Of a stretch of 64,000 nucleotides of DNA, positions 39,105 through 52,343 are shown one piece after another. The position numbers and the translations under genes are program-made. A model generated the notes under the pieces. It saw only the letters and a list, made by a program, of their open reading frames with translations, did not search any database and had not been told where the DNA came from. How positions within the stretch are numbered: the stretch's first letter is position 1; every line of letters begins with the position of its first letter. Source of the DNA: Phoronis australis (lineage: Eukaryota > Animalia > Phoronida); contig NMRA01000393.1 in the NCBI GenBank assembly GCA_002633005.1, positions 234,034 through 298,033 on the forward strand, written 5' to 3'.

Positions 39105-39869
39105 TGAAAACAACAAACGGTGACCAAATTAGATGTCAATAGCTTTTAAGACAGCGCTTATCACCCAGTAGTGTTGAACTACTTTATTCGAGGAGGAGCA
39201 CCTAACCGGAAAACTGTGATATTCGGTAATCAGTTGTCGATGAAGCACGTGTCATGAAGATTAACTATGGCTAGCGTCAGTTAATGAGAAAATCCAAGCA
39301 GTAGATGAGGTGGATCAATCAGACTTCTAAGTTTCACTGACGAACAAAATCTGCCACTGATTTGGCACTTAAAGTTTAAACATAAAATCAAAAGATAGCA
39401 ACCTGGCGGGAACCAAAACATAAATTTAAATCCTACGATGGTTTGGGAAATAGCCCATGACAAGGTGAACCAAAGATACCACTCTCNTGAAAACAACAAA
39501 CGGTGACCAAATTCGATGTCAATAGCTTTTAAGACAGCGCTTATCACCCAGTAGTGTTGAACTACTTTATTCGAGGAGGAGCACCTAACCGGAAAACTGT
39601 GATATTTGGTAATCAGTTGTCGATGAAGCACGTGTCATGAAGATTAACTATGGCTAGCGTCAGTTAATGAGAAAATCCAAGCAGTAGATGAGGTGGATCA
39701 ATCAGACTTCTAAGTTTCACTGACGAACAAAATCTGCCACTGATTTGGCACTTAAAGTTTAAACATAAAATCAAAAGATAGCAACCTGGCGGGAACCAAA
39801 ACATAAATTTAAATCCTACGATGGTTTGGGAAATAGCCCATGACAAGGTGAACCAAAGATACCACTCTC
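39105..39869. repeat. Near-identical ~382-bp direct duplication across the single N at 39487 (likely assembly overlap)
   Basis: 39105-39486 and 39488-39869 are almost identical. Confidence 0.85.
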
Positions 39870-40910
39870 AGTTATTTTATCTAAAATGTCATCAAAGCCT
39901 TTAACTTTCCACAGGCTGCGCATGTAACTGTCCAATTATTTCACTGTAACAACCACCATTGTCCAGAGAGTGCTAGCCATTACCTTTCTGCTTCATGAGC
40001 AGAACACAAAGGGCATGCTGAATAAGCATTATCAAAGCTGTCTCAGGGCACATGGAATCTCAAGGGTGGCCAGTGTAAGCCAGAAAATTTCCACCTTACC
40101 CTTGAACACCTGCAGTCTGAGGGGAGAGATGCCTCTGCCTGACAGAGGCCATACGTGATTTTTCTTGGAATTGCACTACCCTCAGTAGTAGGGATGTCAG
40201 ATTGTGAACCCAGGAATCCAATCAATGACCTCCTTTGCTCAAATCTATGTGACCACCCCACCATTTGCGGAAAAAAATTAATTTACCATCTGTTAACCAC
40301 ATAAACACTATAAATAGCAATTGGCTTGACTGACAAGTTAGGATTTTCAAAGGGCCTGTGAGTTAAAAGTGATTCTATCCTTGAGGGGAATTTTTAAATC
40401 ACTGGGTATGATAGGATTTTTGCGTCATTTTCAAATATTTTTCAGAAGGGAATTCGGCCGATATTCAGCCCCAGAATGAAGGCATCAAGGGTTCTGTTCC
40501 TGTATCGCATCCTAAGCCTAATAACACTATGTTCATGCAATAAATTTTAACAATTGTCAAGTTAATCTAATATTTTATTCTGTATTCGAATGTGAGCTAG
40601 GGGCATCATTATTAAATCTTTTATTTTAACCAACAATGAGATGATAAGCAAAAATATGTGTTTGTCTTCTTAAAGAATTATTATTTTGAAGACCTAAGGT
40701 TACACTGCTTTGTCATCCAACCACAATTCACTGAAGAGTGGTGAAGTTTCTAAATGCTAATCAGGACCAAGTGGAAACAACACTCTGAAAATAACAGACC
40801 CACGTAATAAGTTCAGGAAACCGCACCTGTCGAGGCAATTATTTTAATTGGGTGTAATCTTTAGAAGACTTTAGGTACAAACAGGAATATAATTACACTA
40901 ATTCATCTAC

Positions 40911-41272
40911 TTAAAAGGAAACTAAACCCTGTTTTAATGATTTCAACAAATCTTTGTTCCATCACCTGCTAATGCATTATTGACGTCAACCTTCTAAGTT
41001 AAAGGCAGGAATCAACTAAATACTCATGCTTCCTGTGCCATAGATTGGATGTTATGGTCCTTGGTGTGTCAGTCCTTTCTCACAGTTGCCGTGTAATTCG
41101 CTAAATGGGTAGGTCACACTTGCCCCTAAAGCAGACTTCAAAAGAAGTTCAAATTTTCCACCAACTTCTGAGGGCTGTCAAGGGTTACACAGCATATTCT
41201 GTTTCAAGGAACTGGATGCGAAAGTCGTTTTTCAAATCTTAAGGCCAAAACCGGGTTTGGTATCCTTTTTAA
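40911..41272. mobile_element. ~360-bp TTAA-flanked MITE (Kolobok-like); second copy at 52008-52343
   Basis: TIRs ttaaaaggaaactaaaccctgtttt / aaaaccgggtttggtatcctttttaa. The interior is homologous to 52008-52343. Confidence 0.75.
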
Positions 41273-44200
41273 GCCATACAAAGAACCGGAACAAAGAGGT
41301 GCGGTGATTTGCACCTTCTGCAACTTGGTCCAGATATGTAATTTATGATTTACTCAGGCATCAAAAATAATCAAAATAGCTTTGAAAGTTACATTGTAAT
41401 GTGGGCCATTGCAATAAAATAATGTACCCATCCAGGTTACAACCAAAAGCTTTTAAAATCAGATTGTGCAGCAGAGCACATTTTCATTTGTACTTGTATA
41501 ATAAAAGGAACACCTACACTTTATAAATGCCAAGGGTGAATTGTTGTGAAGTTGACACTGTGATTCTCAGTTGGACATATTTTGTTTGTGATAACTAGAA
41601 GTGGGAATAACTGCACAAGTTTCCGATGACAGCATTCAACAATTCAAGCATGTGAGTATCTTGTGACATTTCATTGACTTTTCATTGTGAAGACATTCAA
41701 ATTATTTCAATTCATAGTTTTGCCCCTAGGGAATAATATAGCAAATTCCAGTAACTGGGTTGTGTTTCTTTGTCAGATCAAGTTAACATGTCAACAGAAA
41801 ATAACAAAAACTTGTAAAATTTTTTTATTCTTTCGAATCTCAATTATCGCTCCATATGGCATTTGAGCAAGTTGGCGAAGGCAAATAAATGGTTATCAGG
41901 GACAAAATTTAAAGTCATTCGTCATTGAACAGCTGACTGGCAAATAATAGAACTTACACAAAAATGACCACCTGGCTATTGATCAAGCGCAACAGAGATT
42001 TCTATCATTCAGTAACTTTTCCAGACGGGAGGGGTGCTGAATGTGCCATAACATCTGGCTCTTTTGTTAACTGCCCAGCTCAGTCTTTTGTCCCGTATGA
42101 TAACAAGCAGGCCAAGTATCTCCCAGGCTTCAAAGGAAACCTATGGTGGTTGCACCCTATTACCGAACGCTTATGAACACAGCCAAACCCAGTGTGTTGG
42201 TAATGCGTTTGGACACTAGATTGTCTTAACTTCTGTTGTAGTTGGGTAATTTTGGCGATTAAAAAAACGGAAAATGATCAGCATTTGATGAGGAATTCAG
42301 AAATGCTATTTGTTTAAGCTCAAATATGTTATAACTTAACTTTCATTTTTATCAGCCCAGCCCAGTCAGGCAATACAATTTGATCAGAGATTAGAGCAAT
42401 TATCGAACAAAAGAGCGCAGGCCCTCCAACCATCAATGCCAGAATGGAGTTAATCAGTTGTGTAAGATATTGGCTACAGGGGTAAACTTCCAAACTTGTA
42501 GTTGGGCTATAGAATCGAACAAGTTGGGAGCAACGGGATGTCACCGTCATGATTGATCTCTTCCACGTTGCAACAGTTTTGCAGATGCAAGTAGTTGACA
42601 GAGAATAAGATGATGGGTTGCAACTGATGCTATATTTAACCTCACAAATGGGTGACTAGTGTCAGACTGCTCCACATCAGTTCTGCTTACCTTGCACCCA
42701 ATCATATTCTTCCGTGCCAGTTGATCCATGTCAACTTTTGCAGTGAAAATGTAACTTAGTCGTCAAGTTTAGAGGCACCCTATAATTAGTAATAAACATG
42801 CAAATATGCATGACATTTAATCTCTCACTACCACTATCTTGAATCCATTGCCCTACATCATCAACTCTATAGTTTACTGCAAGGCATATTAAAGAAAAGA
42901 AGACATAATTTACAACAAATCAATGACACATAACATTTTGATAATTGAAGGGATAATTTTAGGAGGCCACCAGTACATCAATGTCATATAAAAATTTTCA
43001 CTTTGGCAGACTTTTAACTCGGGCAATCAGTCATATTCACCTTGCACTGTAAACTCACCTTGAAACAATCAGACTCTTACAAAACGACAATGCAAAGCAA
43101 CTTATATCAAAATTAATATCAGTGACGAAAACAATAGTGTAAGATACCAGTGACGAAAACAACAGTGTAAGAGATGCGGGGTTTACAGTAAAAAGTCTCC
43201 TGAGTTTGGGAAGTCTTGAAAATTTGGGACACCGCTCCAGCAGAAATATTGAATTGTCATGATTCCAATAAAAGGAACATGCACAATGTTGACATTCATC
43301 GCCGTTTCTCAAATTATGGATACTGTGTTTTGTATCAACAAAGTCTGAAAACAAACTAACAGCAGTACAAAAATCATCAAAAATGGCTGAAGAAGCAACG
43401 TTGTCATGCCTCCTCATGTAAAATATGGGCAGCAAAAAGGTTCAAAACAGACAACACTGTTAAACAACAAGTTAATTTTCAGACAAGTTGTTAAATTTTG
43501 ACAAACGAGTTATTTAGGGAGCGAACAAGTTAGTTGGCCTGAACAGACAGGTTATTTTTCAAACCACACTAGCAGACAGTTTAGTCATAGAATGAACATG
43601 TTGGTAATGTCAAACAGACAGATTAGTCATGGAATGGACATGATGGTAATGCCAAACAGTAGTGGAACAGACAGGACAGAGGGCGCTATCACAACTCAAG
43701 AAATAGCTGATGCCACGAAGTGATGTAATATGAGCCCCATCACAAACAATCCACAAAGTTCCTTTTGGTGGTTTGCACTCATGAACTTCCTTCATAGAAC
43801 TGTGTTCTTAAATTGTCATCGACCATTCCTTGAATAAACTATGTAATCATGATGCGTTAGCTTGTTGAAGTCAAGCTGCTGATTAAAAGCAAATAGTAGA
43901 ACTGTTTACGACCACATACGTAAATACACATTAAAAGCTTGGTTTGGCCATCCCGTCAATTAATTGTCAATTCATAATTTGAAATAAACTGTTAATATTA
44001 TGATACACAATCACGTCTGATCCAGTTTTTTACTTTGCGATTAAATATTGTACTGGGTTATCTTCTTTTTTGAAGAAATTTGAAGTTTGTGGGGCGCTGA
44101 CGTTGGGTGTGTTATTGCATAGTTATTGTATATTAAACTTTTTGTTTCAAATTTCGAAAACACCATATTAAAGTCACTTTCTTCAATCATGTTTGTCCGA

Positions 44201-44480
44201 AATGAAATACCCGCTAATCTCGTAATTATTTTGAGTTACCTTTACTGACTGTGTACAACCATTTTTCCCTTTGAGTCAATAATACTCTGCATCACATACA
44301 TGTACTAAGGATCAATGTTATCAAAACTGCAACAATCACATTCGTTACCTTAGTATCACACCCGCAAATCCATTACATGATTTTGTTTCCGCATCATATG
44401 AAATTATGATTATAGCGAGTCTTACATCACAGTTTTAAGCACCCAGTATGATTAATTGCCAACAGCTAACAACATTTCTC

Positions 44481-44649
44481 GGAATGGACCTTATCTCTTT
44501 ATTACCATTTCCTGACCAAACCCCCTTCCACAGTAGGAATGGACCTTATCTCTCCATTACCATTTCCTGACCAAACCCCCTTCCACAGTAGGAATGGACC
44601 TTATCTCTCCATTACCATTTCCTGACCAAACCCCCTTCCACAGTAGGAA
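44481..44649. repeat. 55-bp minisatellite, 3 copies
   Basis: Unit ggaatggaccttatctctccattaccatttcctgaccaaacccccttccacagta. Confidence 0.95.
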
Positions 44650-44784
44650 AATTAGGAATTTAGGAAGGGGCGCTGAAACTGAAAAGAAAAAAGGCTCAAA
44701 TCCCGAGTTGGGTAACTGAATGGAGAAATGCAGGACTATTTTTTCAAGTTGGGGGAATTTGAAGACTCCAACATGTGCCCACTG

Positions 44785-44934
44785 TGTTGTAAATGTGCTT
44801 CGGGTGAATCATATGAGCCTCTGTTAGCTACTCGCTAACGGGCAATTGCCCATTAGTTGAATGGTTAAGCACGCTCGCCAGTTTTATGGGGGTAGCTGGT
44901 TCGATTCCCAGGTCGGGTAATCTCAGCTATTACA
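44785..44934 (+). mobile_element. ~150-bp tRNA-box-containing short interspersed element (copy 1)
   Basis: A-box-like TAGTTGAATGGTTAAGC and B-box GGTTCGATTCC; homologous to 61395-61546 and 62555-62714. Confidence 0.85.
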
Positions 44935-46896
44935 CTCCGGGAAACCAATGGTTGTCCACCTAAGTGTAAAACCGACTCGTTATACTAATCGTATCATTCT
45001 ATTTTAAAGTTATGCTCTGGATAGGATTTGATTTAACTATCACAAATATATAGCATTCGTTGATTCGAAAGTTGAAAGTTTTCTTTAATTTGTTCCTAGT
45101 TGTTTCAATCTACAGTGCTTTTCAGCAGCCATTTTAGTACGAATCCTATGGTTATCATGTGCTGCCTAGTTTTATAAGAACAGAAACACACACAGAAAAA
45201 ACTCAAGGAAAGAGTGGAAAGTGGTTAACAACAATTCGATTTTCAAATCGATTAAAATTGGATCAAAGTTTCAGTTCTAGAAAATAAATTATTTTGAAAT
45301 TTAAACCATAAAATAACCAGAACATGAAAATTAGAGATAACATTCAAACACGTTTACAACAACCTAACATTTTTGTTCTAAATAATTACCCTACTAATAA
45401 ATGTTCAATAATCTGTAATGGGCAATTCCATTTGTGACGGACGTACAGCCAGAGAACATTTTGATCAATTGTGAAAAAAGTGTTCATGGTAGGAAAACAA
45501 TTAATACATCAATTGATAGGTCTCATTGATAGCTTTCACAGCGTGTATCAACCTTTCCACTACCTTTTTATCTGATTCAGAAATTGGCTTAAAAGGGGTG
45601 TGATGGACGTATGCAGAGAATTCGGATTTCATGAAAAAAAAATTTTAACGTTAATTTTCTGTGAGCTACATTAAGTTACAATTTTTTTGTTTTATAAGAT
45701 GATTTAGTGGAATATTTGCAAAGTACAACACACTAATTTTTTGATGATATCTTCTAAGAAATTTTTGTCAGACAGCTCGATGTAAGTTGAGTTAGTGTGA
45801 CGGACGTACGCTCTGAATTTCTAGTATTGTTTCTTGTGACTATGATATCAATTCAGAATGATTCAAACTTTTGCAGTATTTAAGCTAAATTGGTCTTTTC
45901 GTGCTAATTCAATGTTTTTTAATTAAAATCACAGGTAAGCCTATGCTAAGAATATACTCTAGGAGTTTAACTTTTCAATACATTTGATTAAAGATATAAA
46001 ACAATGGTACCCCCTAAAATCTTCACTTCCCTTTGAAGATGGTAAGCAATATAGATGAGAATAATAATCATTTTGTACTTGACAACTATAAAATTCTCAG
46101 GAAACCTCTGTTTTCATTCATTAAATAGAATACTAATTCTTAAATAGAATACTAATTCAAAGCTAATAATTAAATGTGACTGTCAAAATATAAAATGTGA
46201 AACAAAGTTTAAAACATTACTAATCACTGTCATAAAAACATAATTTTTATTTTAATTATTGTTTTTTAAATTAGAGCTCCGCTTAAGATTGTACAATCTT
46301 ATTCTCCGAGCCACATCATTGAATGTTCTGTAACATGCCCATGTAAGTAATCAAGGAGATGTTTAAAAAGTATTATGGTAGTAACAGGACTTCAGTATCT
46401 TCTTAAAACAAAATGTGAAGCATGGTTTAGTTGACAGCATCGACTTTTGGCATTTATATTTTGATTCAAATCACCCGTGCTGTCTTCCAGTGTGAAAACA
46501 AGACATTTTAAATTAATTGCATTTAGAATTATGATTTACGAATATGTAGAGCTAACTTACTAGACGCTGATCTCTATTTAATGATTAGCATGATTAGCTT
46601 TTCATCCTGCATTTTAACTCATGACTTCTCAAATTTAAAGAGAGGCCTTAAATAATGTCACATCACATTAAGCGCAAGTAAAATTATGAATTTCTTGACC
46701 CAAGATGACATTTTTTTCGAGTTTCAGAGAATATTCAGGCAGATATTTATTCTTCTCCCAGAACAATTTCTCATGGTTTGTTGAACCCGTTTTGTGTAAA
46801 TTTATTGAGTTAAATGTCTTTGACATGGACGGCTGAATCGAAGCACCGGTGGAATTTCTAGTCACCAGTAAGTATCATACCTTGCAGTAATATATG

Positions 46897-47703
46897 TACA
46901 CATAGTGTACCTAATTATCGGACGGACCCTAAATATCGGACATTACATAAAATCTTACTTGAAGCATAATCTGAGAAATATATGACACAATTTTTTGTTC
47001 CGCTGAAATGCATTCAATGTCCAGCACTGTCTCGTTTTTTTCTAGCGTTGCCTCATTTTGACTTTAGCGAGAGAGGGTGCAATTTAGACCTTCAAGTCGG
47101 TCTAAAATGGACGATCGCATAAATCGGTTATAAAAGTTGAAAACAAAATCTTTTTCCACAATGAAATCATCTAATTGAACTAACAATGTCACTGTTTCAT
47201 TTTTTCATTTGTTTTTAAAGTTAAGTCACACCCCGGCCGCGCATGTGCATGTGTCATATCAAGAAGGCAAAGAGATACTAAAAACTTCAATGAGTTTGCA
47301 CGCGCTTTAGTCGTCTGCACTGATTCATCGAAACGACTTGGTGCTGTCGTCAGACTTCATGTTATGGATAATTTTGTTGCGAATGGAGCTGTGTTTTAGC
47401 AGCATGTGTCAAAACACTCAAGCTGAAATTTGGCTACAAGGTGCCCGAGGCCACTACTTGGTTAGTCACTTTTCCGCAGTGTGGCGTATAGGAAAACATG
47501 GTTCTTCGAAGGTTTGCTAGTTGTGTTTTTTAAAGATCAGTTGAAACATAAATGTGGCTTTCGGTGACAAGATATAGTAACAGAACAATTCTATAAAGGT
47601 AAGCATTTATTTCAGCAAAGAATTTACAACAATCCATAGTATTTTCAATTAAATTTAATGCAAAATGTGCCAAAACGTCCGATAATTAGGTCACTTGACT
47701 GTA
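46897..47703. mobile_element. ~800-bp non-autonomous TIR element (Tc1/mariner-like)
   Basis: TIR core acctaattatcggacg (46908) / cgtccgataattaggt (47676); TA at the outer ends. Confidence 0.65.
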
Positions 47704-47741
47704 GTGTATTGGGGACGCGATCAGAAGCTGAGAACTGAATG

Positions 47742-48815
47742 AAGGACTGCTCGAAGGAAAAGTGTGTATTTGTTCAAGTTGGAAGGAATTAAAGACATCG
47801 ACGGCCTCCTAAAGGTGTCCCTTTTTTATAACAACCTGACTCATTTTTAATCAGTGTGAGGCATATTTCGCCGTAGGGAATGACCGTCGCCTCTGTTGGC
47901 CCGAACCAGAGGCGATGCAGCTCCTATAGGCGCTCTGTACGTGGGAAGCTTTTCGGCGAATTATGCCTCGCACCGACTAAACCATCAAAGTCACGTTGTT
48001 ATAAATACCTTTTGCGCATAGAGGAACACCTTAGGAGGTTGTCGATGTGTTTAATTCCTCGAACAAATTCTCCCGTTATCAAACTTTTTTTTCGAGCAGT
48101 CCCTATTTCAGTTGCCGAAATCGTGAACTCAACATTTTCACTCGGCGCACGCCAAAAGACTCTTTTAACCAGGCCGAAGGTCAGAAGTTGCGGTCCTACC
48201 GGCGAACTTTGAAAGCTGAAGTTCCCGCCCTTTGCGTAAGTGCTGCCGGGAACCAGCCATGCATTTGCCGTGTTGTTAAACATTAAAATGTCAAATATGT
48301 GCACAAGGACTATTAAATGTCATATCAACAGCATTTATTTTTATCAAATACAAACAATAATTCATTGAAATCAGTTTCAAGTAACGCCAATTAAAGACAA
48401 GTATAAGAGGTGGCATTTTGGAAACGAACATTTGACTGACAAGACCGCAATGGCTCACCCTTAGCCTATTTAAAGATTGAGGTCATGAAGACACATCACC
48501 TAGCGAGCGCGGTAAAAATTGGAGCGTGCGCAGTATAAAAATGGTGAGTTCACGATTTTGGCAACTGAAATAGGGACTGCTCGAAGAAAAAGTTTGATAA
48601 CGGAAATATTTGTTGGAAGGAATTAAACACATCGTCAACCTCCTAAGGTGTTCCTCTATGCGCAAAAGGTATTTACAACAAACGTGACTTTGACGGTTTA
48701 GTCGGTGCGAGGCATAATTCGCCGTAAAGCTTCCGGCATACAGAGCGCCTATAGGAGCTGCATCGCCTCTGGTTCGGGCCAACAGAGACGATGGTCATTG
48801 CCCAATTTCGCCGAA
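47742..48815. repeat. Long inverted repeat (47868-48160 vs 48520-48815) plus a partial direct copy at 47742-47825
   Basis: ctctgttggcccgaaccagaggcgatgcagctcctataggcgctctgta is mirrored at 48739-48788 and similarity extends about 290 bp. The ORF track shows matching peptides on opposite strands (47880+ and 48673-/48483-). Confidence 0.85.
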
Positions 48816-51547
48816 AAGCTTCCTGGGTATAAAGCTTCGCGATATGTAGTTCACTAGAAACGGTGGTCACTGTCTCTGTTTTGACGTGTCGTGTTCAGTA
48901 TTCGGCAATATTCAAATATAAACTGATGCCCATATTTTGAAAACCAGTTTGATGCCTGTTATTCGGTGGAGAAATCTGGTTCTCAAAAATGCGGGCTCGT
49001 ATATCTGGCACTGCAGCTGGCTAGGATCACCCCCGTTCTCGCCTCCCATACGTCTGACCAATGCACATAAGTTACAATGAAAAAATCAAATTTGTTGTAA
49101 ACATGTGAATTGTCTTACCAGCAGCATGACCTCGAAAAAACTTCAACCAAGCAAAATTTCTGCTACAACTGTTCCCCACGGGCAGACGACAAAACCGGAA
49201 GTCTTTGTCATGTTCCCGGTAGATGGCACTGGCATGCATTCAGTAGATGCTAGGACCTAGCTAAACCGTAGTCAAAGTCACGTGTTCTTATTAAAATACA
49301 CGGCAATATTTCACGTAATCTCGCGAAGTCTTGCTTTTTAGCGGGGTCCTAGCGCTACTGAACGGGAGGCTGGAGTACCCGCGGTCTTTGACACAGCGCC
49401 ACCTATACTTTCGCAGCACTTTGAAGGGGTGCGTAACTTCGGAACTGGAAATTCATTAAGCCAATCAAGCCAGTGAATTTTTTTGCTCAGTGTAAAGAAT
49501 TTTTGTAATAACTGGCCTCATTATCACCAATGTCTCCTCTATCCTAATATGTTTCAAAGAATTGGAGGAATGTGAATAGTTAAATCAATTATTGTTTGGT
49601 GAAAATGATTGCCCGGCTGAAAAAGAATTAGCTAGAATTTACCTTATTTTATTAAAATGTAATTTCATTTAGTGCGCTAATAATTTTTATCAACCTGAAC
49701 GTGATTATTTGAGTGAACTTGTCAAGTTTCCTGATGCATTACAAGTTCACACTATACGCCATCTAGAGAGAAAGCAAGATTCCACATGTTGGCACCCATC
49801 GATCTTGCCTGAGAAGTTTGTAGATTCCAACCAGCTCCCTCAGCGGCAACTGCCAAGCGACGACCTGTGACCGGTCAAGAGATGATGTAAACAAGTGACC
49901 TATACATGCACGCACCCAGGGGGGCTCGGGGNGAAAGCGCAAAGTCTCCATGAATATTCGTGTCCCCGCCCGCACCCGGCCGGCATCTTCAAGCATATGG
50001 GAGTACCGTACATCGTTTGCAACAAAAGTTTTTAAAAGGATATCAAACCGTTCTGTTTTGGCCTATTAACAGATGTTAAAATTACAATCGGAAATCTCTG
50101 AAAAATAGTGTGTGACAACATGGGGGCTGGGGGCTATAGCCATCCACTTTTTCAGTGCTGCGCCGCCCGGCATGCACAAGTGCGGCCGGAGGGCATTTTG
50201 ACGACCTAAGCGTGGCCTACGCTTTAAGCGAATACACAGCAACTGCGGGGACAGACTAGTACCCACCAAAAAAAGAACTACAATATTCAATCTCTGACAC
50301 AGGGAGTATGATTTTTAAGTAGTGTCTGGCCTGCTTTTTATTCAACTCGAATGAGTGGCAATGATGATGCACACGAATTTACAGAGGACAAAGCTAATGC
50401 ATGCCAAGAATTTACGATATGGCATTTAATTGGCTTACCTCCAACTGCTGCCAGATAGTTTGATCACCGCACAAAAAAAACAGAATTAATGACCTTGCAC
50501 CGCGACAAGAAGCATAATGTGGCAAAACTGTACAACAGTCAAAAATTTCTTGTTCGATTTTAATTAAAAAATAACCACGTGTACTTTTCATGAACTATAC
50601 GATACACCTGTTTAGCTACCAAACCCACTTTTCGTTCTACGGTTCACAGATATTATAAAAACGACCTCAAGTTCCCACCATTCAGTTCTCTGCCAAAATA
50701 ATAGTGTAACCCTCCACAACCGCTACGCGTTAGGAACAAAAGTTGAAAACTGTTTTCTTAGTCTGCTAAACAGGCAAGCGTGACCTACACTTTAGGCGAG
50801 TTATACGATAACTGTAAGGAAAGACTGATGACCACCAAGAACCAGGAAACGTTGTGAGATCACATGGCTCGGAAAGAAATTCAAAATGAAACAGTGAAAC
50901 ATTTACCGCACTGGGAGTTACACAAAGTGTAGACCTAGAGAATGTTCCAAATTTAGACTACGGGCGAAAGGGAAGTAAAAACTACAGCACTGAATGGCTG
51001 GTCTAGGCGTACTTACAGCGCTTGGGAGAGTAACAGTTGTGAAAACGATTCTATTAACAAAACTTACACATGTTGTTCATCACACTCCCGTCTCATTCCC
51101 AAACTACATTACAAATTTAGAGAAAACATTTTAAAATTTATTAAGGTCAAGGTAAGAGAACAGTTATGAGCCAAGAATATGAGAGAGGCGTATGTAGAAT
51201 GGTCAACTGCTCCTTACTAAAGAGGCTCCGACACTTACGTGGATCCGACAGTAAATGCGAAATATGCTTGTGGAGGTATTTGTACTGATGCATTCTGGAA
51301 AAAATTGAGATTTTTGTGGTGTTTAGGAGATGATTATTGTAATGTTATCTGGGAATAAATGTCCATTGTCAAAAAAGAACCATAGTATCCAATCTGTGAC
51401 ATAGAAAGCGTGATTTTTTGTTGAATCCTGATTTAATTATTCATGTGGGACGCCAGAGGTGCATCTGACGGAACGGAGACTAGTTGGACCAAAATAAGGT
51501 TTAGTATTCTTTTAAGAAAAACTTTCAAAACGAAAATTTAAAAAATA

Positions 51548-51780
51548 NNNNNNNNNNNNNNNNNNNNNNNNNNNNNNNNNNNNNNNNNNNNNNNNNNNNN
51601 NNNNNNNNNNNNNNNNNNNNNNNNNNNNNNNNNNNNNNNNNNNNNNNNNNNNNNNNNNNNNNNNNNNNNNNNNNNNNNNNNNNNNNNNNNNNNNNNNNNN
51701 NNNNNNNNNNNNNNNNNNNNNNNNNNNNNNNNNNNNNNNNNNNNNNNNNNNNNNNNNNNNNNNNNNNNNNNNNNNNNNNN
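51548..51780. other. Assembly gap (N run)
   Basis: Run of N. Confidence 1.
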
Positions 51781-52010
51781 CACAATATGACTACTTGAAA
51801 GGTTCTAATACCTACTGGTGGTTTAAGTTAAATGCATCCTCACAATATGACTACTTGAAAGGTTCTAATACCTACTGGTGGTTTAAGTTAAATGCATCCT
51901 CACAATATGACTACTTGAAAGGTTCTAATACCTACTGGTGGTTTAAGTTAAATGCATCCTCACAATATGACTACTTGAAAGGTTCTAATACCTACTGGTA
52001 GTTTAAGTTA
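51781..52010. repeat. 60-bp tandem repeat, at least ~4 copies, abutting the gap
   Basis: Unit cacaatatgactacttgaaaggttctaatacctactggtggtttaagttaaatgcatcct; the array probably extends into the gap. Confidence 0.95.
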
Positions 52011-52343
52011 AAAGGATACTAATCCCTGTTTTGATAATTTCAACCAATCTTCGTTCTGTTTCCTGCTAATCCATCGTTGGCGTCAACCTTCCAAGTTCCA
52101 ACTGATAACTCATACGCTCTATGGCACAGATTGGACATTATGGTCCTCAGTGGGTGGTGTTTTCCCACAGTTGCCCGTAGGTCACCTCCTTAGGTTGACT
52201 TTGAAAGGAGTTTTCAAATTTTCCTCAAAGCGTTTGGGGTTTGTCAGGGTTACAAAGCATTATTTTGTTTCACAGAATTGGATGGGAAAGTCGTTTTTTT
52301 GTATATGTTTATAAGCCAAAGCCGGGTTTGGTATTTTTTTTAA
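52008..52343. mobile_element. TTAA-flanked MITE, copy 2
   Basis: ttaaaaggatactaatccctgtttt ... aaagccgggtttggtattttttttaa; homologous to 40911-41272. Confidence 0.7.

Noticed and set aside
43055-43435. 126-aa minus-strand ORF
   Set aside because: No recognisable homology, a non-ATG start and composition typical of non-coding DNA; only the donor at its end is noted.
44845-44920. Possible functional tRNA gene (also in the copies at 61.4 and 62.6 kb)
   Set aside because: The anticodon arm does not pair, there is no T-run terminator, and the shared flanks show it is part of an interspersed repeat.
45420-46860. Possible DNA transposon starting gggcaattcca with three gtgacggacgta motifs
   Set aside because: The matching right TIR and TSD could not be established with confidence.
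51525-51785. Poly-X ORFs in the ORF track
   Set aside because: They are artefacts of the N gap.
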